From: Oopsacas minuta | Lineage: Eukaryota; Animalia; Porifera | Length of the DNA stretch: 64,000 nucleotides | Direction of reading: 5' to 3' | Assembly: GCA_024704765.1 (NCBI GenBank) | Contig: JAKMXF010000298.1 | Span: 186,001-250,000, forward strand | Shown: positions 23,432 to 33,044 of the stretch, one piece after another | Layout: every line of letters starts with the position of its first letter | Numbering within the stretch: position 1 is the first letter of the stretch | Made by a program: the position numbers and the translations under genes | Notes under the pieces: model-generated | Seen by the model: only the letters and a program-made list of their open reading frames with translations | What the model was told of the DNA's origin: nothing | Database searches by the model: none

Positions 23432-24487
23432 ATGGCATGTAATACAGATGACAGAAAACTTAGTAAACAATCTACTTGTTGGGTTGGCACGAATTTAGGA
23501 ATTCTCAAGTCTGTAAATATAGAAAATTGTAATTATGAAAACTATTTCTACTCGGGAGAGACAATCTCGACAGTAGATAGAAATATATCAATTGCTAAAT
23601 TAATCTGGGGTGATACCACCAACAGCTTGTTTGTGGGACTCCACAATGGATTAGTACGAGAATTTGACACAAATTCACGAGTATTTACCCGCCAATGCAA
23701 TGTAACGGATAATAAAAGTGAATTACAAGGATTGCACTATTACAATAATACAATTATAAGTTGTACCAGAGCTGGGCGTATTTCTGCATGGCCATTCGAC
23801 GGAGATCCGCTTGTAATAAGTACAGGAAACTTATCCTGTATGTCCGGTCAACCAAATTCACTCACAGTCGCAACCGGGGGTGAGGAAAACGACCTGAAAA
23901 TATGGGATTTTTCAATGTATAAAGGTGAACAAACTCTGCCAATATTTCAATCTAAAAACGTCCGTGAAGATAAACTCTGTATGAGACAGCCAGTATATAT
24001 TACATCAGTTGACTATGTACCTAATTCGGACTATAAGATATTAATTACGGGCACGGGATATAACCAGATCAGACAATATGATACAAGAGTTCAAAGGAGA
24101 CCAGTATTAGATACGAGAATAGGAGCATTTCCGATTACATGTGTTTCAGCACAGGAAGATTTTGTAATTGTAGCAAATTCTGTTGGGACTGTTCAGATTT
24201 ATGATTTCAGAAAGCAATCACTTCGTGGAAATCTCAAAGGCAGTACTGGGAGTGTGCGAGATGTAAGCTACGACCGGGGGTATGTAGGTGTATGTGGTAT
24301 AGATAGATTTACACGTATTTACACTGAAGATCGTAAACTAGTCAATAAAGTATACACAAAATTAGAACAAACTTCCATATTATTAGATCCCCAAGGTATA
24401 GAACGATTGATGGGTAAAGATACGGATGAAGAAGTTGATGAGTTATGGGATGGTATTCAACCTCCTGCCAAAAGACAGAAAACTTAG
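23432..24487 (+). CDS. WDR74: WD40 protein WDR74/NSA1 (60S ribosome biogenesis)
   Basis: WVGTNLGILK, VATGGEENDLKIWD, FQSKNVREDKL, IRQYDTRVQRRPV and GIDRFTRIY. Single exon, divergent from the TRAF gene. Confidence 0.9.
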   Translation: MACNTDDRKLSKQSTCWVGTNLGILKSVNIENCNYENYFYSGETISTVDRNISIAKLIWGDTTNSLFVGLHNGLVREFDTNSRVFTRQCNVTDNKSELQGLHYYNNTIISCTRAGRISAWPFDGDPLVISTGNLSCMSGQPNSLTVATGGEENDLKIWDFSMYKGEQTLPIFQSKNVREDKLCMRQPVYITSVDYVPNSDYKILITGTGYNQIRQYDTRVQRRPVLDTRIGAFPITCVSAQEDFVIVANSVGTVQIYDFRKQSLRGNLKGSTGSVRDVSYDRGYVGVCGIDRFTRIYTEDRKLVNKVYTKLEQTSILLDPQGIERLMGKDTDEEVDELWDGIQPPAKRQKT

Positions 24488-24546
24488 TTTAGAAAATTAA
24501 TTAATAGTATTATTAATGATAACTATATTTTTATATTTTCATAAAA

Positions 24547-24713
24547 TACAGTGGAGTTCGCCTAATAGCAAATCGTAATTTGCACGAATTTCCCTTGCTA
24601 AAACGCGAACTTTTATTAGAAGAATTATTTCCAATACAAAATGGACTGGAAGTCTCTGAAAACACTTCCCATTTGGCGAATATATATATTCCTAATAGGC
24701 GAACACCACTGAT
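24547..24713. mobile_element. MITE family B (Tigger-like TIRs)
   Basis: TACAGTGGAGTTCGCCTAATAG ... CCTAATAGGCGAACACCACTG form inverted termini; a second copy lies at 58925-59062. Confidence 0.78.
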
Positions 24714-24786
24714 AGGCTTATTTACTATACTAAATGAAAGTAAGTTTATTCACAATTCTGTATTTAGTGAAAATTAGCTAATAGAG

Positions 24787-25835
24787 ATGTCGATGGGTAA
24801 AACAAAGCTCTATGTGGGTGGTTTGGGTGACAGGATTACTCGGTACGATTTGGAACGAGAATTTGAGATATACGGTCATTTGAGAGAGGCCTGGGTAGCC
24901 AGGAAACCTCCTGGTTTTGGGTTCATCGAGTTTGAAGATCCGAGGGATTCAACTGATGCTGTAAGAGAGATGGATGGAGCTGTCATAATGGTTAGTTTTC
25001 AAAAATATTAACTATACAAAGTTCTTGATTTATTGTCTGTAGGGAATGAAGATACGCGTCGAATACGCTAAGAAGATGGGACGTGAACCTAGCAAGTCAG
25101 GGACCTCTCGCTACTCTGGTGGAAGAGATAGTCCAAGCTATTCAAGTTCCAGGCGTAGCAGAGATAGACATCAATCTCCTGATAGATATCGCTCTAAGAA
25201 GTACTCACCAGGTAAGTAAGATGTTATAAACTCAAACTTTATTTTCGTATTTCTAAACTCAATTTTGAATTTTTAATAACAGTCAATTCCTGTTATATCC
25301 AAGCTCAAGGGGGCCGCGATAATACTTCGATAGAAGCAGAGTTCGATATTACCCCGATGTAATTTATGTTACTTTGACAGTTTGGGACCATATTTGTACA
25401 ATTTCAGACTTGGATATAAGCGGGTATGTCGATGTCGATATAATGGAGTTGACTGTATTATTTCATTTCGAGCATTCTTATAACATTTAGTCTCACTTTT
25501 TTCGATATTTTTTTATTATAACATTTCCAAAAGATAGACACAGCGGTCGAAACCGTAAACGCTCACCTTCTCCTTACAGAAGCAGGAAGCATCGTTCTCG
25601 CAGTGAGGATTCTTATGACCGCAAGAAGAGCCGAAGAGACAGAACTCGTAGTCGTAGCAGGTCTCGATCTCCTTACGAGAAACACACTAAGTACTCTCGC
25701 TCTCGTACTCACTCTCGTGATCGCCGAGACAGAGATAGGTACTCACAGTCGAATAGCAGATCCCCTCTGGACCACAAAAATGGAGGAGACAATAGCCCCC
25801 TCACAAAGCGGAGGAATTCAGATCTCAGCGACTGA
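24787..25835 (+). CDS. SRSF3: Single-RRM SR splicing factor (SRSF3/RBP1-like; no zinc knuckle)
   Basis: [11 protein letters not shown]...[29 protein letters not shown] followed by an RS-rich tail. Exons about 24787-24990, 25042-25211 and 25533-25835 (stop TGA at 25833-25835). The absence of a CCHC knuckle favours SRSF3 over SRSF7. Confidence 0.8.
25278..25457. mobile_element. MITE family A in SRSF3-like intron 2
   Basis: TIRs CAGTCAATTCC / GGAGTTGACTG followed by TA. Confidence 0.82.
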
Positions 25836-26226
25836 CTTTTCTTTTCTTTTCTCAATGACTCTAAAAGTTAGTCACAAACTGAGATTACTAGTTTACTTAT
25901 TTCCCCTTAATACTCTGACTAGTGTATTTGTTGATTGTAGTTAGGCTCTCTTTCATACCATTTAATTGTTTCTGTTAATAATGTAGGGCCCAGCGTGCTG
26001 CACAACTTGCATCTATTTTCAACTTAATTTTCAACCATCTTTCTACCATCTAATTGCTACTATTACAACTACTACACATCCATCTAACTACTTTCCATCT
26101 AAATACACCTGCGCTTCACTTGATGACTAACTTGCACTGTTCCAACTATCCAAATTTGCCATTTTTATTCGTCTATATTTATTCACATTTGTTTCTGTAT
26201 GTTTGCTATTAGTGTTAGCTTGTTAA

Positions 26227-29200
26227 ATGAACGAAAGCGTCGATGACATGTTGGATTTATTTCCAGACGATGGAGAACTGTTTTCTGCGAATGAAAGCGA
26301 CAAAACTGCAACACCCAACGAGAAGGGACCCCTCAAAAGTGAAGAATTATACCCTGTACACATATCTCCAATTGCATTCGAAAAATCACAAGAGACATTT
26401 GATACACTTTCTGAAGCAATTAGAATTCCCTTAGTTAACCCAAAGCTATGTGAAGGCATTAAACGAACTGTAACTTCAAGATTAGGCAAGTTTATTATTG
26501 TGTATCTGTCCAGCAAATCTTACGAGTTGTCATTCTTAATTTCGTCTACGTATATAAATTGTTACTATAGATTATATTTCACTTGAGTAAGCTATAATAT
26601 TTTAATTCGTTATTTCACGTACACATTTACATAGGTACAGCCAAGCAAAATCGATGGAATAATCCTCCCTACCCTATGAGAGAAATACCGAATCAAAATT
26701 TCATCTCCCATCCAACACAGGACAATTTTACAGTTCCTGTCATGAACAGATATCCACATCGTCACACACCTCAATATCCCTTCCCTAACAACACACATAT
26801 TTTACCGACACGTCAGCATTCACCTGATTTCAGTTATAATAATCGTTTTCAATCTCCAGGACCAGCTGAAATTCTATACGGACCTAAATTTCCACGTTCT
26901 CCCCTATATAATACACCAAACTTTAATGACAACCCGAGTCACTTCCGACCTGACACACTAAGCATTAACTTTGAACAACTCAATTCTTCTATCCAAGAAG
27001 GAAATTTACTTCACGCTTGGATTAATTTCTATGAAGTTAGTCCCAATTGTGTGCCTGTTCCTATTGGAATTCTCTTAGATTTTATTAGTCTTGTCTGTAA
27101 ACCTGATGCGTTTTCAAACTGGCCTGATAACTATCAAAGTCCACACGAATGTATATTCATACTCGTGAGCTATTTGAATAGGAATAATTTTAATGATAAC
27201 GAGATCTATGATAATATTATGCTGGCTTTTTCGCGGTTACCACAGAATGAAGGATTATTTCGTTGTCTGGAACTACTAAGAACACGTTGTTACAAACCAA
27301 CGCGAAATACTCTTCTATCAATAATGAAATGTTATAAAGAATGCGAAATATCTTACAGATTATTAGAACTATTTCCTATCTTGAGTAAAAATAATTATCT
27401 TGATCCTGAAATGTTAAATGCGTTTTTGTACTCAATCCAGTCTCTTTTCTTCTCAAAACGTGAACAAGTTATTGATATTCTTCTCCGCATTTCTTCAGAT
27501 AATACACCTCTATCTCTTGAGTCTTACATCCTTTTAATCGAGTGCTCTCTTAACGCGAACGAAATCACTTTCACATTACAAGTTATCTCTTACTTTCCTC
27601 CTAAAACACAGCTTGAAAATAAACATATTGAATCGATTATATTGAAATCACCGGCTCATATGATCTCGAAGATATTTAAGTTTGTAGAACAGCTGAATGA
27701 CAGTCAACGTTCTATGCTCAGCCAATCTTGCTATTCAACATTAATTGACAAATCTATTACTTCGAATTATCCATACGGTATCTCTTATCTATTCGGTTTG
27801 TTTATTAACTTTAATAAATTAATTGAAACAAGCTTGATGGTGAAATTACTCGAATTTATTTTCCGTAATAAACACACGTTACAAGCAACGAAGATATTTC
27901 AAATGATGGAATCTTTTCGCACTTCAGGTGAACTGAATTCCCTCACGAACATATTTATTCCGCCTACAATGCATAAAATTTCGCAGATATTGATTGAGCA
28001 TGAATCTTATACAAATCTATATACATTCGTGATGGCGATGCTCAAAGAAAAAATTGTACCATTGAAGCCAGTACTCAAAAGCCTTGTAGAGCATTTGAAG
28101 GCGGTTAAAGACAATGAGAAAGTAACTGAAATATACAATTTCGCGGTTGAAAACGAGCTTGTTTTCGACGCAGAGATATTCAATGAGCAAAAAGAAACAC
28201 AACAATTCGATGAACATTTCATTCTACAAATCGACACTCCAATAGTTAATACATCCGAATTCAACTTTCCCAAGAAAACAACCAATAAATCGAATAAGAT
28301 AGAAATTCTCATATCTGCAATAGATAGTATGGTATGTAATGAGATCCCACAAGAGCATGTATTCAATCATATTCTAGTGTCTATGGGTCAGAATATAGAT
28401 ATACTTTCCTCGTTCAAGATACTTTTAGAAACTTTCATACCAGGAGACCCAGATCGATCTGTTGAACACAAAAATAAAAATCATATTTTATTAATACGCA
28501 CGGCTATGCGATTGACTACGAATTTTGCGTTTATAAAAGACTGGAAAAGTTCTATTAAATTCCTCGAACTTTTAAACAAAAGTAGATTACTCAAATTCCA
28601 AATTCCTCCAAACTATTCGAAAGAATTATTCCAATTCCTTTATTCATCAATTGAAGCGTCTTTGAAAGAGAACAATTTAATAGAACTTTTCAAGATATTC
28701 GAGAAGATAAATTGGCCATCTTTTACCCTGTTTGAACAATCTGACCTTTTCCTATACAAAACACAGTTATTATCTCTATTCACACATTGTTTGGAGCAGC
28801 TCTCCCTCAAGAATGCTTATCTCATAATTACGTATATCCTACAGGACAAAGGCGATGAAACCTCGAGGGAATGTTTTTCCAAGCTTTTACGGGTAACTAG
28901 CACAATGGATCAGACAAGCATTGCCCTGATGTTATTCACATTTATGAATACGAATAAAATCGATATTTCAATTGAACATAGAACATATCAACAGTTAATA
29001 ACACACTTAGGCCAAGAAAACAAGCTTCAACAGGCTAAAATGGTGTTCCAACATGCTCTTGATAACTCATGCTACACTGCTATGCTAAATGTCACGGCTA
29101 GTCCGAATCAGATTAATTTATACTCAAATTTAATTCCGATTGAGATAAAGTTCCTTCTCGAAAAACGTTTACAATCTCTATACAATATGAATAAGGACTT

Positions 29201-29879
29201 CTTAACAGATGTTCATAATATTGTATCGATCCAACCTTTTGAAATATCATTCCTGCGGAACATGTTAACTACGAATAGAACTGCCTACCAAGAATCTATT
29301 CGTAGTTTCCTTCTAATTGTCTCAGAAGAATTTACTCCACCTCTGATTGAAAATCCCTCCAACTGTCTCAAGGATATTAATTTTCTTAAAATTTACAAAA
29401 TCACGATTCCTCCAGGATTATTACGCCAGTATCTTCTGGAGAATTTTGTAGCTGATAAAGACAAACCATCTCCAAACACCTCAATCGAATCTTTGAATTT
29501 ATTTATTCCAAATGAGAAGGACAACTCAAATTCTAGCACTTGTAAATCTCAATTTATTTCTCCTGACATTGAAATAAAACAAGAAGTAAGTGAAGATTCC
29601 TACAATGCATCTCCTCAAATCCATTCATCCACACAACTATCATCATCATCATGGTTTTGCGAAGTGAAACGCAGCATTAACTCTAAACTGTCAAAATACT
29701 ACTGGACCGGGCCTATACCCAGCAAGGAAGATTATAACTTAATCGCTAAGAGAGTTACTAAACTATTTCGAGAAAGTATTTCAAATCCTGAATTGGAAGT
29801 AAATGGAATATTAACGTCTTGTCATAACGACAAGATTGATGCCTTGATAAAAGGGGAAATTTCAAAGTTTACAAAATAG
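26227..29879 (+). CDS. TOPAZ1: TOPAZ1-like large helical (PPR-like) protein
   Basis: Exons 26227-26485 and 26635-29879. The C-terminal FTFMNTNKIDISIEHRTYQQLITHLGQENKLQQAKMVFQHALDNSCY...NLYSNL.PIEIKFLLE resembles the vertebrate TOPAZ1 C-terminus ([43 protein letters not shown]), recalled from memory and not searched. Confidence 0.62.
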
Positions 29880-30218
29880 ATTGTATCAATAGCTGAGATT
29901 ATTTGTTTACGTACAAGCTATAGTTACATGTGATGATTCGCGAGATTAATAGCATCGAACTAATATTATATAATCACAGTTATTTCTGGAATATTGTGGG
30001 CAAATGTAAAGATTCTAAGATGGACAAAAATACCAAATATTTCATTGGGGAATATGTTGTTGATTTCTTTCTGGGACTGTCATTATTCCAATTGCAAATT
30101 TATTACACTTTTTCTCGTGGCTTGTGAATGCATGCTTATTGATAAATGTATTACTGTAGATTATTAGTTATTAGCTTATACGTCGTAAAGAGAAATTGTC
30201 AACACGTACGTAGATAAA

Positions 30219-31091
30219 ATGGCAGGTAAATTATGTGATGAATCCATTACGAGTACAGGAAACCACGAAAACGTAGTTCTTGCAATTAACTTTTCAGCTA
30301 CGCAAACAAATCTGAAAGATTTCAAGCAAGAGCTGCCTTGTCATGCCTATACTCCCGTGATTTCAAATAAAGAAGTTATAATGCTCAAATTAGATAATAA
30401 ATACTACACAGCTGATATAAAGATCTTAATTTACGAGAATATTGATGCAAATACGGAATTAGATAAAATCTTGGGAATTATCCCGAATTCTCAAGCTATA
30501 GTTATAATAATAGATGATAATATAAACAGCTGGGCTCTGCTACAGGAAATTTGGGATAAGTTATCTGCAGAATCAAATGCTGAAATACAATTAGCACTGG
30601 TGTATGGTGATATTGAAGTTTCTAATTCTGATAATCCAAATTTCATTTGGTGTATAAAACACCATTTTGAATATATTCCAATGATTGAACAGAAAGTTCC
30701 TGAGGATGATGAAAATTATTTTAAAGAAAAATTCGGGATTCCACGAATGATTGAAGCTCTACAGACACACGTATGGGATAATTTAGAAATGAAAGACAAA
30801 TCTCCACGAAAACCAATAATTACAGATACAACAAACGAACATAACAGAAATGAGAAATTTGATTTGAAATCTGAAGATAAAATAGATTCTTTGCTAGATG
30901 GAATGACTATTGAGAATAAATTGAATGGAGCAGATGATGATGATGATGAAGAATCGTTTGAAAAGTTATTTGGGAGTATAATGGAGATGAGGAAGAAGGC
31001 AGCTGGTTTGGAAGGAGAAGAGAGATTGGATTATGCTGAGAAGATGGTTAACTTGTTCATGAACGCTATACCAAATAGTGATGACGATTAA
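30219..31091 (+). CDS. AAGAB: Alpha- and gamma-adaptin-binding protein p34
   Basis: N-terminal GTPase-like fold with DNKYYTADI, WCIKHHFEY and GIPRMIEALQTHVW; C-terminal SFEKLFGSIMEMRKKAAGL..EERLDYAEKM. Single exon. Confidence 0.92.
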   Translation: MAGKLCDESITSTGNHENVVLAINFSATQTNLKDFKQELPCHAYTPVISNKEVIMLKLDNKYYTADIKILIYENIDANTELDKILGIIPNSQAIVIIIDDNINSWALLQEIWDKLSAESNAEIQLALVYGDIEVSNSDNPNFIWCIKHHFEYIPMIEQKVPEDDENYFKEKFGIPRMIEALQTHVWDNLEMKDKSPRKPIITDTTNEHNRNEKFDLKSEDKIDSLLDGMTIENKLNGADDDDDEESFEKLFGSIMEMRKKAAGLEGEERLDYAEKMVNLFMNAIPNSDDD

Positions 31092-31387
31092 ACTGAGGAA
31101 TATATGTACCTCTTGTGATTATACTTTGAATATATTATTTAGTAATTATTATTTTAATATTAATAATCGGAATCTGAATTATAAGAAATCACATATTTCA
31201 TAAAACAATAGAAAATTTAGAATTCAAGGAAGTCTTTCATAAGACAAAGATAATCACCAATCTCAGGTTTCAGTGATTTCCCATGACATGTCTTAATTTC
31301 TATAAATAGATCTTGTGCTCAGCTGCCCGATACTAGATACCATTGGAGATTATTAATCATTATCATTAGCATAGTTTGATATACTAA

Positions 31388-32700
31388 ATGCCTAAAAAAG
31401 GTAAGAAAGGTAAGAAGAAAGGAGATAAAGTTGCAGAAGCTGCTAAACCTAAGGAAGACAAGGATGATGATGAAGTTCCTGGATATGAAAAGCAACTTGC
31501 TCTTGAGGCAGAACTAAATGATGTTAACAATGAAATTAAAGAACTCAAAGAACATATATCTCTTCTCCAAAAGTAATAAAAATATTTTTAGATTTTACAC
31601 TTTAAAATTTTCAATTTTAGGGAACACACAATGTTGGTTGAAGAGACAGATCGTACAAAGCAGGAAAGTGAAGAATACATCACTTTTATGAGCAAGAAGA
31701 CCATAAAGAGGCAGTCTTTGATAATATCACTGGGAGATAAGAACAAGCATGAGTTGGCTGAGATTGAGAAATTACGTAGAGTTGAGGAAAATGAATTTAA
31801 AGGTAGGCAAATTTAAAATGTTCAAACTCATAAGCCCCGCTGGTTTCCAACCTGGGTTCGTAGCCCCTTTGGTGGTACACGGACAGGGTTCACAGGATCT
31901 CAAATTTGTATTGCAATCTATTGGATTGGCCCAATGAATGTGATATAATTGGTATAGGCGGCCCATTGATGAAATAGGTTCGGAACTGCTGCTCTATATA
32001 TTTGTGATCAAATATGTAGGAAACACACTTTTAAATATAATTTTCTTTTAGCTAAGAAGGAAAAAGTTCAAAAGAGACTCAAAGAAAAAGAAGATGAATT
32101 ATTTCAAGTAAAACAAGAACTTTCTGACTTGAAACGATTCCAAGATTTACAGATAGAGCAAGAGAATGAAATCAAGAAGTTGGAATCAAACTTAGAAGAA
32201 ATGAAGTTTAAACACGCAAAGAGAACACGTGATTTGAAGAGCAAATTTCTCAAAGACAAAGAAAACTTCAGGTAGTATTTTTTCTCATAATTGTTAACAC
32301 ATGATTGCTGAATAATCTTACCAATATCCCGAATATTTATACTTAATATTCCTTCAGTCAAGAAGCTGACCTAAAAGTGAAAGATATGGCTAAAGAAGCT
32401 AATACTCGTGCATGGAAATGTTTGGGAAATCATGTGCTAGATGTCCGAGAAGAAAACGAACTTCTGCGGAATCAGTTAACCAGTTTAGTACTTCAATCTA
32501 GCAATCTTCAAGCTAGAAAGAGAAAATTAGAGAAACAGCAAATGGAACTACTCCGTAGAGAACAGCTGCAGCAAGAAATGACAGAAATATCCCAACAATT
32601 TTCAGGATTTAAGTTAAGAAGCCCTACACCTAGTTTAGTAGCCCTGCAGCAAACAGCTAGTGATAATGCTATATCATTCCCGAGGCTATCTACTATTTAA
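31388..32700 (+). CDS. CCDC166: DUF4515 coiled-coil protein (CCDC166-like)
   Basis: MPKKGKKGKK start and coiled-coil pattern EN..L.EE..R...ES.EY..FMS. Exons 31388-31572, 31621-31802, 32051-32271 and 32358-32700 join in frame. Confidence 0.68.
31838..31991. mobile_element. MITE family C in CCDC166 intron 2
   Basis: TTTCCAACCTGGG...GGATCTCAAATTTGTATTG...GGTTCGGAACTGCTG. Confidence 0.72.
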
Positions 32701-33044
32701 TAAATGTATTCAAATAGCAACACGATCACCATTATAATCTTAAATCAAGTTTGTTTACTTCATATGATCAGAGAAATTAATATATTTACCGTTAAACCGC
32801 AATTTTCAGTCTGTGTGTTAGTTACGGAATTTTGCATCTGGCTTATTGAATTCCAGAAATTTCTATTCAAATATTACAAGAAAGTGTAATACAAATTTTT
32901 TTGATAACAATCTCCAACATAATTACTTAGTCCCTTAATTGATTCACCTTTTGTTAAAATTAATTGTGAGTATAATCATGTACAATAGTCTTCTCATACT
33001 TCCTCTATAACAAATATGTGTTTATGTTATACAAATGTGTAGAG

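Noticed and set aside
7261-32050. Introner hypothesis (MITEs creating new introns)
   Set aside because: In every case checked, the element ends lie inside the intron and do not coincide with the splice sites.
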